From Octopus sinensis (taxonomy: Eukaryota), in the NCBI RefSeq assembly GCF_006345805.1, contig NC_043011.1, positions 4,526,001 through 4,590,000 on the forward strand: 64,000 nucleotides of DNA, written 5' to 3'. The notes under the pieces are model-generated. The model worked only from the letters and a program-made list of their open reading frames with translations, did no database searches and was not told the origin of the DNA. This document shows, in pieces, positions 41,080 to 53,775 of the stretch. The stretch's first letter is position 1; every line of letters begins with the position of its first letter. Both the position numbers and the translations under genes were made by a program.

Positions 41080-41088
41080 CATCATCAT
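40680..41088. repeat. Compound (GCT)(GTT)(TCT)(CCT)(TAT) microsatellite
   Basis: Direct reading. Confidence 0.95.
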
Positions 41089-41239
41089 CCCGTGTTTTAT
41101 TACATCCCCTATTGGTTCAAATTTCAAATCTCTACGGCTTCATCTTTGCCTTTCAATCTTCTGGGCTACACAAGACTAAGCGTTCTGGTCGATTCAAATT
41201 GACTAAAACTCTTTCCCTAAAGACTTGTCGCTTTGTGCT

Positions 41240-42180
41240 TATGTCTGAACAATTATTGTTATTATATGCCTTTTGGTATTCATTTACGTCCCTTTACATT
41301 CTGAGCTGAAATCCCACCGAGGGTGACTTTGTCTTTCATCTATCAACAGTTGATAAGTACCAGTAATATGCTAAAATTAGTTTAGTAGACCATTTCCTTC
41401 TGAGAAGTGTGTGTTCTTTAATCCGCCTTTGGCGGATTGGTTACATTGCCAGACAAGCTGTAATGATTTGTCTTTTTTTACCTCCAGCTCTTTGCCTTCT
41501 GAGTTCAAATCTCGTCGAAGTCAACGATCTGCTTTTCCTTCCGAAGTTGATAAAGTAATGTACCAGTCAAAATTTCAAGGGGTGACTTTCACAAAAAAAG
41601 AAAAATATGGCTTTGTACTTCTTAATTGCCCGAGTTGTTGAAATATCATATAGAATGTCTTACGGTGTTTCTTTCTGCTCTTTATGTCCTGAGTTCAAAT
41701 TCCGCTCAGGCCAACATTGCATTTTATCCCTCCGGAGTCGATAAAAATAGAGTACCAATGGAGTAATGGTAATGAGGCTGATTCAGTCGACTAATTCCCT
41801 CTCTTCAAAACTTCTGACGTTGTGCAATAAATTAGAACTTGCTACCAAGGCGGCGAGCTGGAAGATTTGTTAGCACGCCGGGCAAAATGCTGAGCGGCAT
41901 TTCGTCCATCTTTACGTTCTGAGTTCAAATTTCTTTGAGGTCGACTTCGACTTTCGGTCTCGATAGAACAAATATCGGTTGTGCACTGGGGTAGATGTAA
42001 CAGACTAGTCCTCTTCCCCGAAATTCCAGGCCTCATGTCTATCTACGAAAGAATTATTATTAATGTTATTATTTTCACTACCTAGACATTTTTTGGATGC
42101 ATAAATTTTTCCGGCTCATAGTGTTCTGAGCTCGAATTCTACCATGGTCGACTTTACTTTTTATTCTTTTCGGGGTTGAG
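41240..42180 (+). mobile_element. Tandem cluster of about five SINE-A2 copies or fragments
   Basis: Repeated GAGTTCAAAT..GTCGA..TTTCATC..GATAA cores. The clearest copy is 41849-42055. Confidence 0.75.
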
Positions 42181-42284
42181 AAACAATTTCCATGTCATAC
42201 CTTTAATCGACTCTATTTTCCATGTATCTGTTTTAAATGATAATAATAATTATTATCATTATTTTCATTATTATTATTTCTTCG

Positions 42285-42480
42285 TAACACAGTGTAGGTG
42301 CAAATCTGCACAATCCCGACAACATTCACCTCATGCGATGCATCATAGGAAGCGTAGGGTGTTAACCTGGCTTCGGTGGGGCGCTAATCAATTTAGATCA
42401 ATCGAAAGCATTCGATGGGGTCGATCATCGATATCTAGAGGCTGTCCTCAAAGAGGCTGGCTTCGGCCTCGTCTTCAGAC
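42285..42480 (+). mobile_element. Isolated internal RT fragment of an L1/Tx1 element, inverted relative to the neighbouring copy
   Basis: DNIHLMRCII..PGFGGALINLDQSKAFDGVDHRYLEAVLKEAGFGLVFR, homologous to 43649-43845 (minus). Confidence 0.85.
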
Positions 42481-42514
42481 TTTATTTTCCATGTATCTGT
42501 TTTAAATGATAATA

Positions 42515-44650
42515 GTAACAATTATTATTATTTCATTTATTGGCCACCAGGGCCGACATATAGGGGACAATGCAGTAGACGTAGACAGTGGGGATTTTAC
42601 ACAAAACAACGAATACGCAATTAAAAGCAGTAACAATAATATCAAACAAAAAGAATATAACAATGAAAGTTTCCCAATAGGGGGGTAACCACCTGGGGTT
42701 GGCTTATGCACCCCACCAATCCTGGACCACTCGACGCTTCGAAGGCATCCGGGAAGGGCCCTCCTCTCCCTCTCAAATTCACTAGCCTACAGTCGCATTA
42801 TTAGAGTAGGTCCACTCACATTTTCGCTATATTCACCCACCTTTTAGCAAATGTTCCGGAAGCAGCACTTCTTTCTCTACCCTTATCTTCCTTTCTAAGT
42901 GAAATTTGAAAAAGTTGATGAGGGATTGGCCGAAGAGAAAAGTGTCTGTCTTCAGTCTTTTCAAACTGGTCCACAATACAATCTCTTTCGCTATTGCTAT
43001 CAGACCAATGGAAAGCAGTGGATCGATCTTCACTATGGACTCGGCCAATAGCCGGATCCGTCCAACATGTGAAAGCAGCTGTTCAACATAACTCGACAAG
43101 TCAGTAATGCAAAGACACTGGCATTCACCACCTCCGCCCGATTTTTCAGTGACATATTCCCCATAGCCCATTTCTGGGTGAGGCTGGCTACCCTACACGT
43201 CACCTCGTCATAATTCTTATCCACCTGGAGGTCTGGTCCGAACTAAACCCCAAGCAAATTTCCCGGTCCGTCCAGCGACCAACGACGCTGTTGGACAGCA
43301 TGTACTTGCCTCTCCAGGTGCCGAGTTGCAAGCCTACCGACTTTTCCGGGTTAAGTTTTGCTCCTGTCAACTTTGCATATTGGTCCAATGATGTACCGAC
43401 CACCTTGATTTCTGAGGTGTCCGACACCAATCACGGTATGTCGTCCGCATAATTTGACACAACCCTTCTGCGTCCTGGCTCGAGCGGGATGTCCAATAGC
43501 AGCCCCAGCTTCCGCAGTAAAGGCTCAAGAGTCAATACGTACAGAAGGGAGGAGAGAGGGCAGTCTTGACGGACCAATCGGGAGATCTGAAACGGTTCCG
43601 AGAGGTGGCCATTAACTTTGACCACCGAGCAGAGATCCAACCTCTGAAGACGAGGTCGAAGCCAGCCGCGTTGTGAACAGCCTCTAGATATCGATGGTCG
43701 ACCCTATCGAATGCTTTCGATTGATCAAAATTGATTTAGCGCCTCACCGAAACCAGGTTTACACCTTACGCTTTTAATGATGTATCGCATGAGGTAGAGG
43801 TTGTCGTGTATGGACCTAGTCGGGATTGCGCAGGTTTTCACCTCTCCAACCAAATCCTCGATGAGAAGCGCTAATCTCTTCGCTAATACCTTGGCCAAAA
43901 TCTTAAACTTTGACTTAAGCAGAATTATGAACCTGAAGTTATTTAATTTGTCCCTCTTGTTTTCGTTTTTCATTATCAGTGTCACTACTCCCCGGCTCAC
44001 AGAACTGGGAATACTCCTATTCTGCTGCCAGTTGCAGTAGAGCGCTTTGAGAAGATCGGAGAATACGTCTGGCATATTTACGTAAAGCTCATAGGGCAGA
44101 CCATCTCAACCGGGTTACTTGCGCTTCGTGCAGCTGACAAGGGCATCTTGAATTTCAGCTGAAGTTACCTGCCTTTCACAGCCCTCAGCGTCGGCCGTCG
44201 AGAGATGCAGTAATCCGTCGACGTATGGACTAAAGTCTGCCACCATTTCCGCCCCGCCGCTCACGCCGAACAACCGAACAAAGTGGTGACGAAAGGCGTC
44301 ATACAACTGTCTGGAGTCGCTCAGCTCATGTCCGTCTCGGTCCATCAAAGACCGAATTTTGTTTTGTTACTACGCTGCGCCTCCGTCACTCGGGCCCATC
44401 GAACAGCTTTGATCCCCTCATTTCTTAGACCACGCGCCTAAGCTCTGACAATGCAACCTTTATGTTTCGCATTGAAGAATTGGTCTAATGCCATTCTCGC
44501 TGCTGGCACGTCGGTTGCAATGCCTATACAAATAGCCTCGTCTAATTTAGCTACTAACTCCTCCTCCTTTCTATGTTTTCTAACGCTATTTCGTTGCTAA
44601 ACCCTATCTATATTACTCTGATCTCTCTTTTGGAAGCCGCCCACCACCTG
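42515..44650 (-). mobile_element. 5'-truncated L1/Tx1-clade LINE ORF2 (RT and C-terminus), decayed
   Basis: LYGLP..LY, KFKILAKVLAKRL, DQSKAFDRVDHRYL, VRQDCPLSSLLYVL, YADD, AKLNPEKS and SLINFFKFHLERKIRVE. AATAAA and an AAT-rich tail lie at about 42520-42542. Confidence 0.9.
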
Positions 44651-44689
44651 TTGTTGTCGCCCCCTACCACTGTCAAATTCTGGAGGAGG

Positions 44690-44862
44690 TATAAGTCGAT
44701 TACATCGGCCTAAGTGCTCCACTGATACTTATTTTATTGACCCCGAATGGATGAAAGGCAAATTCGATCTCGGTGAAATTTGAACTCAGAGCGTAAAACC
44801 AGAAGAAATACCACCAAATATTTTGTCAAGCCCGTTAACGATTCTACCAGTTCGCCGCCTTA
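44690..44862 (-). mobile_element. SINE-A2
   Basis: Reverse complement of family A. Confidence 0.8.
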
Positions 44863-46322
44863 AACAACAGAAATAATACTAGCATTACTTGGAGGAAGCT
44901 CCCCTAAACGGAACAACCAAATATGATTTTAAAAACGTCGAAGAAAATCGCCTCGTCCTCACTTCCAAGAATCAGCCAGGGGCCCGAGAGACTCTCTCTC
45001 TCTCTCTCTCTCTCTCTTCCAGCCACAAACCGTGGTTACAAGGAGGAGATAAAAAGAGTGATCCACAGCTGCAACAACAATATCTAGAAGATGATGACAC
45101 AAAATGTCTATGAGCATTACAAGTCCGTCCACCCCGGTTTTGGGGGTACCGACAGACCTTTGTTAAAAATAAATCTCAATTAAATAAAAGACAATTAGAA
45201 AAATGTTGATATGGACGCATTCTTGAATGTCATGCATGAAGAAATCCTCTTCTCTGGTAAGAAGAAATCTGTCTCCTGTGCTGAGAAAACGCTTACCATT
45301 TAGATTTAAATTGTACATTCCTTCGCAGGACCGACCAAAACGGATCGGATTACGCGAACCACAAAAAGACTGGTTAATGGTTAAAGGAGTTTCGTAACCT
45401 TTATGAAATTTTACGACAACCAGCCACCGACCCGTACTTGCTCACCTTGACACAAACGCTCCACGTGGAAGGCTCAAGCCTTTCCAGTGACGAACATTAT
45501 ATGCAGAGGTTATGAGAGCTTTCGTAATCAGGGCATGGCGTACCCTGACCAACGTAGGTCGAGCTTCCTGCCTTATGTGTAGGCAGTTTGCCTCCTTTGA
45601 AATTAAACCTTGCTTTCATTTATTATGTATTTTATTATAATCTTTTAGATTATTCTATACAATTACTTGTATGTTTTTTCTATAAATTTTAAAACCTGTT
45701 CTCACGTTTATTGTATAAGGCCTTTTACACACCTCTGTTTTTATATAACTTGTCCTATCCCACACGCCTTTCGAAATTTTTATGTTTTATGGTTTTGTAC
45801 GTATAAACGATGTGGTATGCCATTAAACTCGGTGGATAATAATGGCATTATTATATCTATTACTCTAAAATACCATGAAATAGCAGTAGCGTTAGTAGAA
45901 AGAGTAGGAGCCGTAGTAGTAATAGTTTTAAGTTCAAAAACAGAGCGTACGATTCTGAATTCCGTTCCTCAACAAACGTACCAGCAAGTTACAACAAGAC
46001 GGCGAACTGGCAGAGGCGTTAGATCGTCGAATAAAATCACTATACTGGTATTCATCTCCACTTTCTTTGCTGTGAGTTCTTGCGAGATCACGGTTGTTTT
46101 CTCTCGAGTTTCAGCTCAGATCTGCGGCCATGCTGATGCACCGCCGTTGAAAATTTTATCAGACGTTCAGGACACAAGGGTAATGTAAAGCATGGTGTAT
46201 ATATTGCATTTGAGTAAACTAATTCCATCATCTACAAAATATCCTTTTAACTAATGTTTCGTTTCCTCGTCTGTATCTGCGTTAACTGTCTGGGTGACGC
46301 GGTATTTCCGCTATGAAATACC

Positions 46323-46724
46323 GGCGGCGAGCTGGCAGAAATGTTAGCACGCCGGGCGAAATGCTTAGCAGTATTTCGTCTGCCGCTGCGTTCTGAGTTC
46401 AAATTCCGCCGATGTTGGCTCTGCCTTTCATCCTTTCGGGGTCGATAAATTAAGTACCAGTTACGCACTGGGGTCGATATAATCGACTTAATCCGTTTGT
46501 CCTTTCTGTGTTTAGCCCCTTGTGGGTAGTAAAGAAATAGGTATTTCGTCTGTCTAATACGTTCTGAGTTCAAATTCCGCCGAGGTCGACTTTGCCTTTC
46601 ATCCTTTCGGGGTCGATAAATTAAGTACCAGTTACGCACTGGGGTCGATATAATCAACTTAATCCGTTTGTCTGTCCTTGTTTGTCCTTTCTGTGTTTAG
46701 CCCCTTGTGGGTAGTAAAGAAATA
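46323..46724 (+). mobile_element. SINE-A1 dimer (a full copy plus a 5'-truncated copy)
   Basis: 16-bp TSD GGTATTTCCGCTATGA at 46301-46316 and 46725-46740. Confidence 0.9.
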
Positions 46725-46813
46725 GGTATTTCCGCTATGATTCTCTTGTCTGTCAAGGGCTGAACTTATCCGGTATATTCAGCAATTTTAAAAACAAGTT
46801 CTGGAGCTATGTA

Positions 46814-47065
46814 TTGGGTTGTCCGGAAAGTTCGTGCCGATTTATAGTAGCTTACCTTTCGACTTATTTTAGAACATGGTTGATGAATTCTTTGCCATGA
46901 AACCACCTCAATTCTAGGAAAACGGTATTTTCAAGTTAAAGGAAAGATGGAGATGCATTGTGCAACAAAATGGTTCATGTTTGGTTGATTAAAAATGTAA
47001 TGGCAAGTATTTATTGACCTTTTTCCTTCCTTTAAAAATCGGCACGAACTTTCCGGACAACCCAG
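46814..47065 (+). mobile_element. Mariner-derived MITE
   Basis: ~30-bp TIRs TTGGGTTGTCCGGAAAGTTCGTGCCGATTT / AAATCGGCACGAACTTTCCGGACAACCCAG with TA on both sides. The interior retains DEFFAMKP..F*ENGIFKLKERW...NG. Confidence 0.9.
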
Positions 47066-47159
47066 TACATGTAACTGGAATAATATCACGGCGTCCTGGG
47101 ATAACACGACGATGACGACGACAAATGCAGCAAAATCAACACTGTTGACGGTGACCTCC

Positions 47160-47255
47160 ATCATCGCCGCCGCCGCCGCCGCCGCACCGCCGCCGCCGCA
47201 CCGCCGCCGCAACCGCCGCCGCACCGCCGCCGCACCGCCGCCGCACCGCCGCCAC
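47160..47255. repeat. GC-rich (GCC)n / GCCGCCGCACC repeat
   Basis: Direct reading. Confidence 0.9.
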
Positions 47256-47374
47256 TACTATCACTAACATCAACAACAACAACCACAACAATAACGACAG
47301 CATCAACGTGTGTGGTCTTGTGCCGGTGCAAAGAATCATTAGATTTATTGTCTTTTCTTTCTGCCTTTCTTAAG

Positions 47375-48440
47375 ACAGCGAGTTGGCAGAATCGTTAGCA
47401 CACTGGATAAAATGCTTCGCGACCTTTAGTCCGTCTTTACGTTCTGAGTTCAAATTCCGCCGAGGTCGACTTTGTTTTTTCATCCTTTCGGGGCCGATAA
47501 AATAAGTACCAGTCGAGCAATGGGGTCGATGTAATCTCGATTAACCCCCATCCTCAAATTTCAAACATTGTGCCTACAGCAGAAAGGGTTATTAAGGTGA
47601 CGAGCAGATAGAACGGTTAGCGTGTCGAACAATCATCATCATCATCATTGTTCGACTGTGGTCGAGACAATGGAATTTACCATGCTACGCCAGACTTCAC
47701 GGTCCATCATGGCATTACGGAGGTCCTGTTGCTGGATGCCTGTATCCCTGGAGATTACATCAAGGTCAAACAAAATGCTTAGTGACATTTCTTCCGGCAC
47801 TCTACGTTCTGAGCTCAGATCTCCCAGAAGTCGAGGCTGTTTCTTCATCCTTTCGAGTTCGATAAAACTGGTGCCAGCAGGGCGTTGGGGGTTGATGTAA
47901 TCGACTTAACCACTCCTCCAACATCTCAGGCCTTGAGCTTATAGCAGAAAGAATTTTCATTATTACGAAGGTGGCGAAATACAAGAACCGTCAGAGAGCC
48001 GGATTAAATTATTAGCAGCAATTCTTCTTGACATTCTGTGTTCAAATTCCATGGAGGTCGAGTTTGCCTTCCATCATTTCGCGGTCGATAAAATAAGTAC
48101 CAGTTAAGCACTGAGGCCGATGTAATCGATATAGCTTCTCCCTCAGCCCACCCCACCCCACCCCACCCCACCCCACCCAACTCCAAAATTGCTGGATTTG
48201 TGCCAAAAATTGAAATCATTTATCAAAGACGGCAAGCTGGCAAAACAAAAAAAAGTTGGTAAAAAAAAACAAAAACATTATTAGCGCTTTACGTTGTGAG
48301 TTCAAATTCCGCCGAGGTCCCATTTGCTTTTCGTCCTTCCTGGTCCATAAAATTAAGTATCGGTTGAGCACTTGTGTTTATGCAGTCGACTTATCCACCC
48401 CACACCCGCTAAATTTAATGGCCTTGTGCCAACATTTGAA
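47375..48440 (+). mobile_element. Tandem cluster of four SINE-A2 copies
   Basis: Copies at about 47375-47592, 47596-47955, 47970-48215 and 48230-48440. Confidence 0.8.
47632..47762 (-). mobile_element. RTE-type LINE 3' end inserted within a SINE-A2
   Basis: DVISRDTGIQQQDLRNAMMDREVWRSMVNSIVSTTVEQ* followed by (GAT)n. Confidence 0.8.
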
Positions 48441-48804
48441 ACCCCTATCTCTTCCCCTTTTTATATACCCATTATCTTGCATCTTCGTCATTTCTCCGTC
48501 CCACTCCACCCTATAACTCCCTCATACACATGGCTTCCTTACTTCCATCCTTGCGTTCCCTTCACTTGGCATCGTTTTATTTTAAACAGCAATTCATGAA
48601 AGATTAGATTGAATCTACTTCAAAACCAAGATACCCAGTTTTTATAAGGTAAACACAGGTTTCGGTATTATAAACTTCCGAAATGTGAAATGTTCTAACA
48701 CACCCTAGAAAGAAGTGTTTGCCATATTTGAATGCAGGACTGAGTGTTTGCGCAAACGCGTATACGTGTGTATGAATGTATACATATGATACGTATGCCG
48801 AAGG

Positions 48805-48840
<36 letters not shown>

Positions 48841-49054
48841 CCACATACACACAGTCATGTATAAATACAGTTACACAGACAATAGGTTTCATACACAAAC
48901 ACACACATATTATATAGATTATTTATTTATTTAAAAGCATAAGCATATTTCGAGTGTGCCTGCGTGTTTATATTTACTTATTAACTTATATACACTGAAA
49001 CACCCGCACCCATACCAGGTATTTTATTTTCTATAATATTATTTACAAATACAG

Positions 49055-49356
<302 letters not shown>

Positions 49357-49734
49357 CGTACACACACACGTGAATGTGTGTGTGTGTGAGTGGCGCACTT
49401 ACTTACTTGTTTATTTAAATACACTAAATATTTGATTTTCTAAAAATGCGGTTTGAGGTAAAAATTCAGTGCAAAATTATGATCTCAAAATACAAACAGC
49501 GTGTAGATCTGGAAATGGAGGTACTGCGGTTTCGATATACATGGGACTTTTGAAGTAGGCCTCAGGGTTCATTGTATTTTGTAAGATAACTTCACAGACC
49601 ACCCATATTTGAAATTCCAGCTTCGTCTCTCCTCCCCTTCTCTTTCTATTTCACTCTCATCCTCTGTATCTCAATCACTCCTAGGCTGTCTCTATGTCCC
49701 CTATGCTTTTCTACTTTCACTAATTATAACAGTG

Positions 49735-50000
49735 AAGACGCGTAGCCTAGGGGTTAGAATGTTGCACTCTGGATCACAAAATCGTGGGTTCAATTCCAGG
49801 ACCGAGCGGCGCATCTTGCTCTTAAGTAAAAATACATTTCGTTTTACGTTGTTACAGTCCATCCCTCTGCTGTAAATGGGTAACCCTTCGACGACTAGCC
49901 ATCGGGTAGCATCACTCGAAAGTTAAAAACAATGCAATAAAAGCGCATTGTGAACAGCGATGTTTAACAGCATCCGATTGTCTGGTCGATCATGTGATCA
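49735..50000 (+). mobile_element. Decayed tRNA-headed SINE (fourth family)
   Basis: A-box-like CGTAGCCTAGGGGTTAG and B-box-like GGTTCAATTCC, followed by CAGTCCA...GCTGTAAATGGGTAACC. Confidence 0.55.
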
Positions 50001-50092
50001 CTAGTTACAAGGATAGTGAAACACTTACGCTCCTTTTGTCGAAATTTTCTTTTCTTTAATAATTTTGTTACGGGAATTTTACATGCATACAT

Positions 50093-51404
50093 ACGAGGTG
50101 GTATCAAAAGGTTCCCGGACTAGATATGTTTAATAAAAAAAAAAAAACTTACTTATCTAGGTTTTAACAATTTTCTTCGTGATAGTCATCTTGAGCAACA
50201 ATATATCGGTCCCAACGTTCCTGCCACTTTTGAAATCCAGACTGGAAGTTGTTTTCCGCAAGAGAGTCGAGGACCTTCTGTGATTTGTTCTTGATCTCGA
50301 CAGCAATGTTAAAACGGCGACCTTTGAGCTGCATTTTCCTCATGGGGAAGAGATGGAAGTCTGCAAGGTGCTAAATATGGCGAATAGAGCAGGTGCGGAA
50401 GCGATACCATGTTGTCTTTTGGCGAGAAACTCACGAGTGAGGAGAGCTCAGTGACAGGGGGCATCGTCGTCATGAAGAATCCAATTCTTCAAACTCCGCA
50501 AATCCAGTCGCTTTTGCCGACTGTCCCCCTTCAAACGCTTCGAAATGCTGCAGTAGAACTCTCGTTTGATGGCTACGCCCTGGGGGTCGAATTCTCGATG
50601 CTCAATACCGGGGAAGTAAAAAAAAAACAGATGAGCATGCTCGTGATTGAGCTGCCGTTCTGTCGTGTCTTCTCCGGTCGTGAAAATGAAAGCTTTTTTC
50701 CATTGTAACGACTGCTTCGTTTCAGGGTCGTACCCGTAGACCCAATTCTCGTCACCGGTGATGATCCTCGACATGAAGGACGGGTCATCAGCGGCACGCT
50801 GGCGGAGATCCTCTTAGATTTCAATGCGATGTTCAGTGGTCAGCAGGTAGGGACAAACTTGGCAGAGACACGCTGTATATTGAATTAAGACGTTAGGATT
50901 GCCTTCACGGACCCATACGACAGACTAACAACATCAGCAATGTCACTGATTGCCATCCGAGGTCCCTCTTGCACACGCTGATGAATTTTCTCTACATTTC
51001 CAGGGTTGACGCTTTTGGAAGGTCTTCCATATCGCCCATCGTCTTCCAGGGACGTTCTTCCATTTTTGAAGCGCCCGTGCCACTCGAAACATTTCGTACA
51101 ACCCATTGCCTCGTCACCGTAATCTTGCCAAAGCATGCTCAATGGCTCTGTAGCAGACTTCCCAAGTTTAACGCAAAATTTCACGTTGGCTCTCTGTCCC
51201 TACTTCCTGTCCATGATAAAATCGCAGACTACAGCGTACACATCAACACAAAAACACAAATTTCACAACTTGCGAATTAAACAGCGATGTCATTCGGCGC
51301 ACTATGTCATGAAGGTCACTGCTAGCTCCCACTGCCTCACGCAACCGTGTGCTGGAATCTGTTGGCGCGCCACAGAAGTAGTCCGAGAACTTTTTGGTAC
51401 CACA
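50093..51404 (-). mobile_element. Full-length decayed mariner (DD34D) transposon
   Basis: Imperfect ~28-bp TIRs (GAGGTGGTATCAAAAGGTTCCCGGACTA / TAGTCCGAGAACTTTTTGGTACCACAT) at TA. The transposase has KFCVKLGKSATE, ITGDENWVYGYDPETK, HDDDAPCH and YSP.LAP. Confidence 0.92.
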
Positions 51405-51467
51405 TACATTCATACATACACGCATGCGCGCTCCCACATATGTATGCATGTACGCATGCATATATAT

Positions 51468-51692
51468 TTCCTTACTGCCCACAAGAGGCTAAATATAGAG
51501 TGGACAGACAAGGACAGACAAAGGGATTAAGCCGATTACATCGACCACAGTGCGAAACTGGTACTTATTTAATCAACCCCGAAAGGATGAAAGGCAAAGT
51601 CGACCTCAGCGGAATTCGAACTCAGAACGTAACGATAGACGAAATACCGCTAAGCATTTCGCCCGGCGCGCTAACGTTTCTGCCAGCTCACC
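51468..51692 (-). mobile_element. SINE-A1 with TSD GCATGCATATATAT
   Basis: Direct repeat at 51454-51467 and 51697-51710. Confidence 0.88.
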
Positions 51693-51714
51693 GCATGCAT
51701 GCATATATATATGA

Positions 51715-51940
51715 TATATGTATGTATGTATGCAAGTATGTATGTATGTCTGTATGTATGTATGTATGTATGTATGTATGTATGTATGTATGTATGTATG
51801 CAAGTATGTATGTATGTATGTATGTATGTATGTATGTATGTATGTATGTATGTATGTATGTATGTATGTATGTATGTATGTATGTATGTATGTATGTATG
51901 TATGTATGTGCGTGCGTGCGTGCGTGCGTATGTATGTATG
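51715..51940. repeat. (TATG)n microsatellite
   Basis: Direct reading. Confidence 0.95.
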
Positions 51941-52228
51941 AATGAATGAATGATAACCATAATATTTTGCTTACCTACGGTCGGCGTCGCGCGTGATTAG
52001 TCCATGTTTTGATACTGATTTATTATAAGGAAAAAAATGTCTGCGAAGTTATTTTAGGGTTGTCTCTCTTGCGATACACGATGCTGATGGCAACGAAGAA
52101 GCTAGAAATGCTTTAATCGTTCTGCCGGAGAGATCGCCTTGAAAAGATTTGGTCTTCCACGTCAATTGTCAAGAGCGAGAAAGCTCCAGCGGGGGAAATT
52201 AGCAGTGAATACGTCTTTCTAAACATAC

Positions 52229-52462
52229 CTACTTCTTTACTACCCACAAGGGGCTAAACACAGAGAGGGCAAACAAGGACAGACATAGGTTTTAAGTCGA
52301 TTACATCAACCCCAGTGCATAACTGGTACTTTATTTATCGACACCGAAAGGATGAAAGGCAAAGTCGACCTCGGCGGAATTTGAACTCAGAACGTAGCGG
52401 CAGACGAAATACGGCTACGCATTTCGCCCGGCGTGCTAACGTTTCTGCCAGCTCTCCGCCTT
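52229..52462 (-). mobile_element. SINE-A1 with 17-bp TSD CGTCTTTCTAAACATAC
   Basis: Direct repeat at 52212-52228 and 52463-52479. Confidence 0.92.
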
Positions 52463-52895
52463 CGTCTTTCTAAACATACTTTAACTGATCTAAATGGTTT
52501 TTTTTATTCGCAGCAATGCATTTGCGTTCGCTACAATAATCTAAGATTGTTTTTTTCGAATTTTGGATTTCAAAGTAATTATTAAAAACTTTAAAACTTT
52601 CAGAATTCTTTGCTCTGTGGGTCTGAAGAAAACCGATTATTAACCTTCAGTCACAGACCAGTCTGCAAAGTACTTTGGACCCCCCCCCTTTTCTCTGGAT
52701 CCAAACTTGCTTTGGATTTACTTGCGGGATACATGAGATGGCTGGTACAATTGAGTATGTGTGTGTGTCCGTATGTGTGGGCGTGTACGTGAAGTGTGTG
52801 TGTATGTATGTGTACATATACATGTATATGCATATATTTATATATGTATGTATATACATGCTTGTGTGCATGCGAATATATATATATACATATGC

Positions 52896-52942
<47 letters not shown>

Positions 52943-53293
52943 GGAGTAAACACATAAATGTGAAACAAGGTGGAAAAAAGAGTACTCAAATACCAGTGGT
53001 AGAGTAATATGCTTTATTTAAAGCAGCAGAAAATTATATATATATATGTGTACATATGTGTGTGTGTATATATATATAGATATATATATATGTATGTATG
53101 TATGTATACACACACGCACACACACATGCTTGCACACACACACACACACACAGTTATTCTACTCTTACGGTATGGATACGGATACAAAATGTACGCGACA
53201 ACCCGAACATTTATCTGCATCATCATCCACTCATCCACATTAGCTAACAAGAAAAAAGAAGCGAGAATAGATAGATAGATAGATAGACAGATA

Positions 53294-53330
<37 letters not shown>

Positions 53331-53743
53331 CTATTACGTGTATCTTGCAAAAGTAACTCAGAGTGCATCTAAGTAAAGAACCCTTCACTGCGACACGCTT
53401 GGTTGAATCCAAGACTATACGTATGTTATATTACTTTGCTTTTCCACCTTTTTCTGCTATTAGGTTGAGGGCTTCAGAAACATTTAGGGCAGCTTTCAAT
53501 GGCTATATATATTTTTGAAATGGTTTTATCTCGTGGGGTTTTTTCTGGACTATTAATTCCGCCCCACTGTACCTTACACTACAGTACACTATGCTACAAT
53601 ATACTAGTAGTAACTACAGGACCTAATAATTTCATAGCAAGGTGAAAAATGTGTATTAAACATATGGTTGTGATCCAGCATATATGTATGTATTTATGTA
53701 TGTTTGTATGTATATTTGTATGTATGTATTATGTATGTATGTC

Positions 53744-53775
<32 letters not shown>

